From IMG/VR virus record IMGVR_UViG_3300027933_000039: a stretch of 31,808 nucleotides of DNA; one strand, given 5' to 3'. Origin of the DNA: a virus. Of this stretch, positions 1 to 7,690 are shown one piece after another. Under the pieces are notes generated by a model, which was not told where the DNA came from, did no database searches, and worked only from the letters and a program-made list of their open reading frames with translations. How positions within the stretch are numbered: position 1 is the first letter of the stretch; the number at the start of each line of letters is the position of its first letter. The position numbers and the translations under genes were made by a program.

Positions 1-408
1 TTGGCGACGATTGAGGGACAGCCGATTTCAGTCACGGTGGCAAACACGCCAAGAGTCCTTGCCACGATTGAGGGACAACCCATCTCCGTGAATGTGGCAA
101 ACACCCCATCCGTAAACGTGGCAAACACGCCAAGAGTCCTGGCTACGATTGAAGGGCAACCAATCTCCGTCACCGTGTCGAATACGCCAACGGTACTTGC
201 AACAATTGAGGGACAACCCATCTCCGTTACGGTGTCAAATACGCCCACCGTGTTAGCCACAATTGAAGGACAGCCCATCTCCGTCAACGTGGCAAACACC
301 CCTACTGTGTTAGCGACAATTGATGGTCAACCAATCTCCGTCAACGTGTCGAATACGCCCACCGTTTTAGCCACAATTGAGGGACAGCCCATCTCCGTAA
401 ACGTTACG
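1..408 (+). repeat. Coding tandem repeat, about 7 x 57 bp, with one 24-bp internal partial duplication in unit 2
   Basis: Units start at about 1, 58, 139, 196, 253, 310 and 367. The protein sequence is nearly identical between units and the DNA differs mostly at third codon positions. Confidence 0.95.
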
Positions 409-747
409 GGTGGCACTGTAAACACTGTGGAACAACCTAACGCAACTCTACTAGGACAGGTGGTGAATGGTAGCATAACGGCGAACACAAACATCTTCTC
501 AAACAACTTGTCGATTACACAACCCAGCCGTATCTTCACAGTTGCCGCCGCAGGTGTATCTGGTACGCTAAGCCTGGCGTTAACTGTTGGCACGACAACT
601 GTACGAAACTACTTCAACAGCGGAAACCCATTGAACGCAAACTCGTGGTATGAATTCAGCATAGACTTACCATCAGGAGTGCAAATAAACTACCAGTACA
701 CAAGTAACACGACGATAACAATCCTTGTATTAAGTGAGCCGCTCTAG
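1..747 (+). CDS. Repeat-containing putative virion fibre/spike protein, 5'-truncated by the window edge
   Basis: Seven 19-aa repeats (VLATIEGQPISVxVxNTPx) followed by a ~105-aa T/N/S-rich beta-sandwich-like C-terminal domain. The TTG at position 1 is an internal Leu of the repeat. Confidence 0.6.
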   Translation: MATIEGQPISVTVANTPRVLATIEGQPISVNVANTPSVNVANTPRVLATIEGQPISVTVSNTPTVLATIEGQPISVTVSNTPTVLATIEGQPISVNVANTPTVLATIDGQPISVNVSNTPTVLATIEGQPISVNVTGGTVNTVEQPNATLLGQVVNGSITANTNIFSNNLSITQPSRIFTVAAAGVSGTLSLALTVGTTTVRNYFNSGNPLNANSWYEFSIDLPSGVQINYQYTSNTTITILVLSEPL

Positions 748-1011
748 CTATTTAATGTTGTTTAAAACCTTCCTCAATAACTTTAGTGCCGGTCCTTGGT
801 ACTCCTTCGGTACTAGCAAGTCTATCAAGTTACCGACGTTATTCTCATCACTATTACCCTTCTCCATCAGAAGGGTAGCAACTTTGTTACTAATCTCCTC
901 CAATTCCTGTAGGGAGAGTTTACTCCACCTAACTTGTAACCCCAAGGCTTTGTTAAGCGTCTCCTCATACTCCTTCTTAGTAGTCTCATCCTCACTTTTC
1001 CTTCTTGTCAT
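748..1011 (-). CDS. Hypothetical helical protein (87 aa)
   Basis: Charged helical composition; overlaps the upstream 61-aa ORF by 20 nt; its stop directly abuts the stop of the convergent ORF 1..747. Confidence 0.65.
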   Translation of the reverse strand: MTRRKSEDETTKKEYEETLNKALGLQVRWSKLSLQELEEISNKVATLLMEKGNSDENNVGNLIDLLVPKEYQGPALKLLRKVLNNIK

Positions 1012-1177
1012 TCTTCAGCTCCTCCAATATCTTACTCAACAGTTTGTTATTCTCCCTCTCCAACGCCACTAGCTCGTTCATCAAGTTAACTAGGGAGGAC
1101 ATGTTATTCCTAAGGGTTTGTATATCCCCACTACTGATCATGTTTGCCACATCTTTAAGTTTTGAAAGACCGCTCAT
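992..1177 (-). CDS. Small coiled-coil protein (61 aa)
   Basis: Heptad pattern LMNELVALERENNKLLSKILEEL; TATA-like AAAAAGTTAAAA about 25-30 nt upstream on the minus strand. Confidence 0.65.
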   Translation of the reverse strand: MSGLSKLKDVANMISSGDIQTLRNNMSSLVNLMNELVALERENNKLLSKILEELKNDKKEK

Positions 1178-1367
1178 GACTTAAACTAGTGGGACACCAT
1201 TTTAACTTTTTTTGGTACTCTTCTTGACGGGCATTCCTCAGCCTCACAAAGAAGAACGAAATCTTGACACCTATGAAGATAATAAGGTAAAGCGTTTCAT
1301 CGTTCTACAATCCTCTTCAACACAAGATTAAGACGATTGATGCTATCACTATTACACCCCCTAACAT

Positions 1368-1562
1368 CTAACATTTCCAATACGCTAATGCACCCGTCGT
1401 TGATACCGTTAAGTTTGTGTATGCCTTATATGTACCCAAGTCAAAGTACTGATATTCCTGTTTTGCGTATTGATGTTGTCCTTGTATCTGCGGGTTAGAA
1501 TCCCCCATCACTTGGAAACACATATCAACAGGGACGTTTACAGTTATCTTTCTAGCCATCAT
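1368..1562 (-). CDS. Small hypothetical protein, possibly a partner of the upstream structural protein (64 aa)
   Basis: 4-nt overlap with ORF 1559..2812; beta-rich, two Cys. Confidence 0.55.
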   Translation of the reverse strand: MMARKITVNVPVDMCFQVMGDSNPQIQGQHQYAKQEYQYFDLGTYKAYTNLTVSTTGALAYWKC

Positions 1563-2812
1563 TCCACCTCCACATAAACCATTCTTCCTAACATATATCC
1601 TATATTAATTCCCCCACCACGTGTCTCTCCCAACCCATACTGAGGATATTGCTCACTATATCCCTCTGCTATGTGATGTAATTCTAAAATAAACTTGGGG
1701 GTTGTATTAGTTAATTGGTATAATTTTGCGTTTCCTACCTGAGCTATATAACTTTGTGTCATGTACGACTGCCAATATTGCCAATTATAATAACCAGCAA
1801 TGAGACTACAGCAACTACCAGTTTGATTTATTAAACCTGCCACAGAAGAAATTGTAAAATTCGCTTGCCATATGGCAGACTCTGGCAAAGATCCATAGCT
1901 CAACATAAATACAATGGTTGGGTTAAATTGAAGTTGATTCGCCCTAAAGAACATAAGTTGATGCGCATATCCTTTCTGAATATTAAATCCACTTACTATT
2001 ATCGATATGTTGTAATACCCTATCAGAACGCTATTATTTGCTGAAACAGAAATAGTAAGAGTGGCATTGGCGTTTCCATCCGATATACTAACTGGAAAAG
2101 CCCTTCCAGCATATATCCCATCTCCATTCGTGTTTAGAACTGTTGTACCATTTTCTAAGTTTATACTTGTAACTCCAGTTGTAATTCCAAATGGGTCATA
2201 GATCCCTACCATCACCCCAAGTCCAAATGGAATCCCGTAATATGGCTGAATAATAGATGGATCGTCATTAATAAATATAATGGATTTAGAAATAGGAATT
2301 TGTACGGTTAGTCCGTTAGTCCCACCATTTAGTAATACAGCAAACATGTATTGAACTTGGCTTATCGTTACTGACGCTGTACCAGTCCCTAGTGTTATGT
2401 CTATTTGTAGCGAATTACCAGCATTCTGTTGGTAGCCCGGCGGAAAACTTGAATAGGGAATTATCTGATTTATTATTAATTGATTACTTGTATTGCTAAT
2501 CGTAGTACTGTAAAGTGTCGTCCCATTCATAACCACGCTTACAGTAGCCGATCCACTAGTAGCCCCAACAGCCAATTTGATATACCCGCTCACCCGAATT
2601 ATGAGGACTAAATAGTTTATGAGAGGATTACTGGACTTGGATGGATAAGGAGTGAACGGGCCATAACTTTTAGCCGTCCCGTTAGCTGATACTGTTACGC
2701 TAGTTGTATCATTGTTGTGCTGGGCTGAAAATTCGTCCCATTCTCCGCCAATCATGATCAGCCTCCTCATTCTCTGCGTATTAAAGCCTTGAACTGGGAA
2801 AGCTATCCCCAT
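1559..2812 (-). CDS. Beta-rich putative virion spike / receptor-binding protein (417 aa)
   Basis: G/S/T/N/I-rich beta-strand composition, about 11 N-x-S/T sequons, no enzyme motifs, SD-like GGTGGG before the ATG. Confidence 0.55.
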   Translation of the reverse strand: MGIAFPVQGFNTQRMRRLIMIGGEWDEFSAQHNNDTTSVTVSANGTAKSYGPFTPYPSKSSNPLINYLVLIIRVSGYIKLAVGATSGSATVSVVMNGTTLYSTTISNTSNQLIINQIIPYSSFPPGYQQNAGNSLQIDITLGTGTASVTISQVQYMFAVLLNGGTNGLTVQIPISKSIIFINDDPSIIQPYYGIPFGLGVMVGIYDPFGITTGVTSINLENGTTVLNTNGDGIYAGRAFPVSISDGNANATLTISVSANNSVLIGYYNISIIVSGFNIQKGYAHQLMFFRANQLQFNPTIVFMLSYGSLPESAIWQANFTISSVAGLINQTGSCCSLIAGYYNWQYWQSYMTQSYIAQVGNAKLYQLTNTTPKFILELHHIAEGYSEQYPQYGLGETRGGGINIGYMLGRMVYVEVE

Positions 2813-2865
2813 TATCCCACCTTATATATTATGATCAGATATCAACTTACTACAGAAGTATTTTA

Positions 2866-2877
2866 GGTTTAAAAATC
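2866..2877 (-). promoter_or_regulatory. TATA-box-like element (GATTTTTAAACC on the minus strand) upstream of ORF 1559..2812
   Basis: Same TTTT(T)AA(A)CC core as other promoters in the window; about 54 nt from the ATG, consistent with a leadered mRNA carrying an SD. Confidence 0.5.
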
Positions 2878-2896
2878 TTTCTTTGACAAAGAAAGA
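2876..2896. promoter_or_regulatory. 21-bp palindrome TCTTTCTTTG-A-CAAAGAAAGA, candidate operator
   Basis: Perfect 10-bp arms with a 1-nt centre, abutting the TATA box in a divergent intergenic region. Confidence 0.5.
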
Positions 2897-3039
2897 CAAG
2901 TCTCCCTACCTTCTAGTGTGTAGTAAGTCAACTGAAGAAAGAGGAAGCTAAATTCTTCCCCTTTCAACCCACCATTCTATAAAATTCTAAGATCTAGAAA
3001 TATGGAAAACTTAAATGCGATTTCGTACATGTTGTGTGT

Positions 3040-3378
3040 ATGTTGTCAATACATAGGTGGAGGATTTCCTCGTACCTAAACTGCTTGAAGGACTACTACA
3101 CGGATGACGAGGTTGTGTCAACCATTGCCTTCTTAATTGCCTCAACTAGAGGTGACAACCTAGAGTTCTTTGCACCAGATGATGAAGGTGTGATGTACAC
3201 GGATAGGTTGGAGGACGTTAAGGGAGAATGTGATGAGTACGTTAGCCTACTTGGTAAATACAGTGAGAGTACAATAAAGAGCACAGGTAGGAAACTGTGG
3301 TACTACTACGCAAACGAACCTGTGGAGTTTACGAGTGAGGAAAGGCAAATCTTATTAAAACTGGAAATCAAGATCTAA
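3040..3378 (+). CDS. Hypothetical protein (112 aa)
   Basis: Open frame with protein-like composition; ATG 3040 lies about 24 nt downstream of AAAACTTAAAT. Confidence 0.65.
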   Translation: MLSIHRWRISSYLNCLKDYYTDDEVVSTIAFLIASTRGDNLEFFAPDDEGVMYTDRLEDVKGECDEYVSLLGKYSESTIKSTGRKLWYYYANEPVEFTSEERQILLKLEIKI

Positions 3379-3479
3379 ATGCAATTCGTCGAAATTTGAT
3401 GGTACTATTTCTTGAAAGTCCACCAAGTACGAACTCTAATAGCCCATCTATCTACATGCTTATCCACACGAAGTCAATT

Positions 3480-3489
3480 GTTTTAAACC
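3480..3489 (+). promoter_or_regulatory. TATA box GTTTTAAACC for a leaderless ORF starting at 3510
   Basis: Matches the window's promoter consensus; about 25 nt before ATG 3510. Confidence 0.55.
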
Positions 3490-3509
3490 ACTGTACAATA
3501 AGTATCATC

Positions 3510-3812
3510 ATGCCAGCCAAACAGGATCAAGAAATTGACGAGATAAGGACGGCAATAGACAGAATACTAAAGACAATGGATGAACAGAGTAAAAGTTTAC
3601 AGTTAACCAACTACAGGCTGGAACAGGTGGAGAAGAAGGTTGACGAACACACAAAACTTCTCATGGGTGACGTGGAGAATCCGGGCTTACTCGTACATAT
3701 AGCAGAATTGGAGCGGGATCAGAAAAACAATTCCCGGTTGTTACAGTTGTTGGTTACAATGCTGGGTGGTTTGTACGTGTTGTTATTGGCGACCCTCCTA
3801 CACCTGATCTAA
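3510..3812 (+). CDS. Coiled-coil protein with a C-terminal transmembrane helix (100 aa)
   Basis: Long heptad region followed by hydrophobic LLQLLVTMLGGLYVLLLATLLHLI. Start moved from 3396 to ATG 3510 because of the TATA spacing. Confidence 0.7.
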   Translation: MPAKQDQEIDEIRTAIDRILKTMDEQSKSLQLTNYRLEQVEKKVDEHTKLLMGDVENPGLLVHIAELERDQKNNSRLLQLLVTMLGGLYVLLLATLLHLI

Positions 3813-4207
3813 TCCGGCTTTTGCCCCTGTAAAACGTAGTGTTTAGCCACATCTGAATATCTCTCATGTAAAACCCTAAACCTATTACAACCATTACACT
3901 GGTAATACTTCACATTCCTCCTCCTTAGTGCGAACGACCTCCTCAGGTTATAGAGGATTGGTGAGATTGAATAAGCCGCATCCTCACCGAAACCATAAGT
4001 ATGTAGTAATTCATGTACCACCGTCTCCTCAGTGGCGGTTTTTGAAAGGACTATCACGTCATGTAACCAGGATGGCGTCGCACCGTTAACGTAATACATC
4101 CTCTCGGAGAATTCGTCCAACACGTAGTCGTCAATTATTATCACGTGTTTTGGTGGCTTGATCATCACATGCCTTGATAAAACGTTTTCAACCTTTTCTA
4201 TGTCCAT
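3809..4207 (-). CDS. Zincin-like metallopeptidase (132 aa) with a C-terminal CxxC
   Basis: TVVHELLHTYG (HExxH) with a downstream E (GFGEDAA), and CNGC; purine-rich SD before ATG 4207. Confidence 0.7.
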   Translation of the reverse strand: MDIEKVENVLSRHVMIKPPKHVIIIDDYVLDEFSERMYYVNGATPSWLHDVIVLSKTATEETVVHELLHTYGFGEDAAYSISPILYNLRRSFALRRRNVKYYQCNGCNRFRVLHERYSDVAKHYVLQGQKPD

Positions 4208-4361
4208 TCTTCCTCTCTCTCCTTGGTACCTCTCCAAGGATGTTGTAGATGTCGCTAATAAACAATTCCTGGAATAGCCCTCGTTGACCCTCTATGTGAT
4301 ACTCACCAACCGAAAACCTTTGTAGCAACCTCCTTAACAAAGGGCTGGCTAGAAGAACCAT
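4188..4361 (-). CDS. Small ORF not in the supplied track (57 aa, MVLLASPLLRRLLQRFSVGEYHIEGQRGLFQELFISDIYNILGEVPRRERKNGHRKG)
   Basis: Translated by hand; ATG 4361 to TGA 4188, overlapping the zincin start as in the other operons. Confidence 0.4.
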   Translation of the reverse strand: MVLLASPLLRRLLQRFSVGEYHIEGQRGLFQELFISDIYNILGEVPRRERKNGHRKG

Positions 4362-4479
4362 GAATTAAAAACGTACATCTAGAATAAATAGATTACAATA
4401 AAAGGTTTCTATAATGGGCTATCATTACGTGGGACTTCCGAACCCTTAACCCCAGAAAGTTGAAAGATTAATTTCATAG

Positions 4480-5157
4480 TCATAGTTTAGGAAGGAGTTT
4501 CATAAGCTCATAGAAATCGTCGATAGTGAGGGAGTAAATAACCTTAGATGATGGATATCGATAACAACGTACTTCGAGTTCGTTTAGATGAATGATTTTA
4601 CCGAAAGCTTCGGGTTTGCTATCACCGATTAATTCATATTCAAGAGCAAGGTTATCATACCAGACTTTACTACAGATATTATCGTCGTAAGGGGCAACGA
4701 GGACTCTAATGTCTTCAGGGCGTGAAACATGGCTTTTAATATATTTTTCGACATATCTATCCGAGACGTAAGGACTGACAGACCAAAACGATAAATAACG
4801 TTGATTTGAAAAGAAACTTGACGAATAAACGTAATCATAGATCAAAGTTATTTTAGTCGTACGATAAATGTATTTATTTTTAAGGTCATAATTGTTCCAT
4901 AAACTAAGAAAATTGGCAAGCCCGGGTATACAGCGAAGGTCGTATTTGATACGTAACCCTGGAATAATTTTATCAACATCAAAAGCGAGTTTAATCATAA
5001 AAGACGAAGCGTCTTCACCATAGCAGGATTCAAGGTAGTCACGATAATACAAAGTAAGAGGATAGACTCTTCTCCACTGTTCCAAAAGAGGTAACTTGGA
5101 AATTACATCATTAACGATATCTTGATACCGCACCACATCCTTAAAATGTCGCTCCAA
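4480..5157 (-). CDS. Putative ADP-ribosyltransferase (R-S-E clade)
   Basis: Motif order YIYRTT ... LSFWSVSP ... VLV ... LEYELI matches ART beta1-Arg, the S-x-S motif and ExE. The real start may be GTG at 5136 or 5133. Confidence 0.5.
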   Translation of the reverse strand: MERHFKDVVRYQDIVNDVISKLPLLEQWRRVYPLTLYYRDYLESCYGEDASSFMIKLAFDVDKIIPGLRIKYDLRCIPGLANFLSLWNNYDLKNKYIYRTTKITLIYDYVYSSSFFSNQRYLSFWSVSPYVSDRYVEKYIKSHVSRPEDIRVLVAPYDDNICSKVWYDNLALEYELIGDSKPEAFGKIIHLNELEVRCYRYPSSKVIYSLTIDDFYELMKLLPKL

Positions 5158-5738
5158 GTTATAAAATATTTATAAGTCTCACGGAAGTAACATAGAATCA
5201 TTGTCCTGGTACTCATTCTTAATGTAGTTTCAAGGTCTTTGACGATCGTCCACTTATCCCCACATATAACGATCTCGTTATTTGACGATATGCTCCCGAC
5301 CTGGACATCATTTAAATAAATTTTGTTATTGGAAACGATAACTGGAGTATAAATCGAACCTATAGCATTACAGGGTATCGATTGAGAAAGAGGGATGTGG
5401 ACGGGAGAGAAACTGATCTTCGATTCGTCTACCTGGATTCCAAATTTCTCTATAATGTCAGTAGGAATGAAAGAGAGGTACTCGGCAGAGCTCCCAACCA
5501 TGAAACCCAACATCTTCCAGAGGTCTTCGATATTATCATAAGTCAAGTAATAAAGAGGAGTGACCTTACTCGTAGAAGGATAAACGACTATACGTGTTGC
5601 AAAAGTAGGCAGTATAAAGTAAATTGGTTCAAACGAATCGAATATGGCGTCGTAAGCCTCTATACCGTTAGGGGTGTAAATAGTACCTGAAACGTAGTAC
5701 CTATTCCCTGACTCTACGACGAAAAGTTGTACTTCCAT
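5103..5738 (-). CDS. Hypothetical beta-rich protein (211 aa)
   Basis: Long ORF whose start overlaps the stop of 5738..5926; no recognisable motifs. Confidence 0.65.
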   Translation of the reverse strand: MEVQLFVVESGNRYYVSGTIYTPNGIEAYDAIFDSFEPIYFILPTFATRIVVYPSTSKVTPLYYLTYDNIEDLWKMLGFMVGSSAEYLSFIPTDIIEKFGIQVDESKISFSPVHIPLSQSIPCNAIGSIYTPVIVSNNKIYLNDVQVGSISSNNEIVICGDKWTIVKDLETTLRMSTRTMILCYFRETYKYFITWSDILRMWCGIKISLMM

Positions 5739-5926
5739 TAGCCCACCATGACATATCCGTTCTTAATAAGGTAATCGAGAACTTTCTTGACGCTCTCCTC
5801 GGGAGGCAGTCCTAATATCAGGGAGATACTTTCAGTATAATGTAAAATACCGCTATAATCCACGGTATCACCATTAATAACCCCCATGTCACGGAGAAAA
5901 CCGATGGCGTCTTCAACAGTACCCAT
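5738..5926 (-). CDS. Small hypothetical protein (62 aa), possibly wHTH-like
   Basis: ATG about 28 nt downstream of a TATA box; C-terminal EESVKKVLDYLIKNGYV resembles a wHTH helix 3 and wing. Confidence 0.6.
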   Translation of the reverse strand: MGTVEDAIGFLRDMGVINGDTVDYSGILHYTESISLILGLPPEESVKKVLDYLIKNGYVMVG

Positions 5927-5950
5927 GGTAATAAAAAAGTAAAAGAAAGA

Positions 5951-5963
5951 GGTTAAAAATGTT
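5951..5963 (-). promoter_or_regulatory. TATA box (AACATTTTTAACC) for the 5926-4480 cassette
   Basis: Consensus match at about -28 from ATG 5926. Confidence 0.55.
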
Positions 5964-6285
5964 TACTCAGTAATCAAGAAAAGTACGTGTACTGTACTTA
6001 TCACATTCTAAAACATTTTCGTTGTGGCGTGATAAAAGTGCTCTACCTACCACGGTGTTGAATCCGGTAGGAATCAGAGAGGAGTAGTCTGTTGTCATGA
6101 TGGACATAGACTACACAGTGACTTGAACGGTACATTGAACATCCAGAAGAAAACTGTTGACATCGTAATTTCAACAATGAAGAAACCGTCATTATTCCTA
6201 GTAATGCATAACGGATTAGCAACCTTAAAAAGGGAGCAAAAACTGAGAACTCGGAAAATCCTCTACCTTTACGGAATGTTGGAGT

Positions 6286-6681
6286 TCACATATTCTCTGG
6301 GGCGACTGGGAACGGATAGCTGAATTGTCCTTTCTTCAGGTAGTAATTCTCTCCCCATATCAATTTCCTATTATTCTCCGCAAACCCTGTCGCCATGTTA
6401 AACACAGCACCGATCACTCCGCTACCCCTCATACTTACCGTAAGGGTGTTTATGACGTTGTTAAACCTGTCATCAATCACCATCCTACCTAACGCCTGTC
6501 CCTGTCCGATACCAGGTGGGTTATAACCAAACGGGTGTGGGGACTCTATGACGTTAGGACCAAAAGGTATGACCTCTGGTCCATTTGGTGTCCCTTGCCT
6601 GTAAAACCTTCTAGTACCATACCTCATAGGTGTTATTTCGCATGGGAGTATAAAAAAATCACGTTCAGACTCTTGGGGCAA
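6286..6681 (-). CDS. Hypothetical Pro/Gly-rich protein (113-131 aa)
   Basis: Directly follows and overlaps the UbiA-family gene; alternative ATG at 6627. Confidence 0.6.
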   Translation of the reverse strand: MPQESERDFFILPCEITPMRYGTRRFYRQGTPNGPEVIPFGPNVIESPHPFGYNPPGIGQGQALGRMVIDDRFNNVINTLTVSMRGSGVIGAVFNMATGFAENNRKLIWGENYYLKKGQFSYPFPVAPENM

Positions 6682-7615
6682 AGTCCGTATTCCACAGGTA
6701 CTTATTCATCAAAACGAAGTAACCAAGCCCAATAATTACCAACAAGAGGAAGTAGATGGATGGAAGAATTGTCAAAACCCTGAAGAACTCGAACGCCTCA
6801 GCCATTCCAAAATACCTCAACATCTTTAGACGGTCGCTATACTCAACATGTACGTGGTAAACTGAATAAGCCTCAAGTAGTGTAAAGGTTACAAACAATA
6901 ACGTGTTAGAAATCTCGTGAGGAAGGAGAATAAGGATTAACAAACTGTCTATCAACAGCCTATCCAACATAAAAAACAACTCAAACAGTTTTGACTTCTT
7001 GCCCTCACTGTAAATACCATACCTAGAGTAAAGGTTGTCCTCATGCGAAGAGTCCTTCTTGTTACCCTCGTACGCAATTTGATAGAAGATGACATTCACC
7101 CCCAGTAAGAAGAAGACTAACATTAGGAATTGGCTACTACTTTGGAGAAGGAGTGAATAGACCGTTAACGAGGCGAACGATATGGAGATTGGTATCCACG
7201 AGTGAAGGGATACGTGATCCACCCCGTCGTTGTAAACATGCCCAAAAACAACGTAGAGTAGCAAAAAGACGAGGGAGAATAACCTGCCCGTGTAGAGGGT
7301 TAACAAGATTAAGGAGATGGCAGAGATAACCTGTAATAGGTTTACAGCTTTTACAGCCTCATCATACTTTATTCTTCCGGAGGTTAACGGGTGGTGTACC
7401 TTATTCTCATCCTTCAAATCGTGGTAGTAATCCATAACACTGTTATGCCCAAATGATGAGTAGTGTACCAGTAAGCCCACAAGTACTAAGGGTAAGACTA
7501 ACCCTCTTCCTCCTGCATACATGTATGGTATTAACAACGTGTAGATTGTGGCAAAAGCCGTCTGTGCCCGGAATAACTGTAACCAGTCACGTATCGACCC
7601 TTTTACGAGACGCAT
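6665..7615 (-). CDS. UbiA-family intramembrane prenyltransferase
   Basis: Multiple transmembrane segments; first Asp-rich motif NSVMDYYHD followed by KVHHPLTSGRI (cf. NxxxDxxxD...RPLxSGxI); VYND and YEGNKKD in second-motif positions. Confidence 0.8.
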   Translation of the reverse strand: MRLVKGSIRDWLQLFRAQTAFATIYTLLIPYMYAGGRGLVLPLVLVGLLVHYSSFGHNSVMDYYHDLKDENKVHHPLTSGRIKYDEAVKAVNLLQVISAISLILLTLYTGRLFSLVFLLLYVVFGHVYNDGVDHVSLHSWIPISISFASLTVYSLLLQSSSQFLMLVFFLLGVNVIFYQIAYEGNKKDSSHEDNLYSRYGIYSEGKKSKLFELFFMLDRLLIDSLLILILLPHEISNTLLFVTFTLLEAYSVYHVHVEYSDRLKMLRYFGMAEAFEFFRVLTILPSIYFLLLVIIGLGYFVLMNKYLWNTDFAPRV

Positions 7616-7690
7616 GAATGTTTTTGAATTTTAAGAATAAGAAACTAATGGAAGGGAAAGGTCATTATTCTGAGTCAACAAAGGGGTGTT

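Noticed and set aside
1-408. Regular repeats as a CRISPR array
   Set aside because: Units are contiguous in-frame coding repeats without unique spacers.
5103-5230. Frameshift near the end of the 211-aa ORF (an alternative frame would end IKNEYQDNDSMLLP)
   Set aside because: No slippery sequence seen; cannot be distinguished from a genuine overlap without homologues.
5967-6107. 46-aa minus-strand ORF (MSIMTTDY...) and the plus-strand ORF 6123..6323 in the gap
   Set aside because: No motif, clear promoter or SD support; left unannotated.
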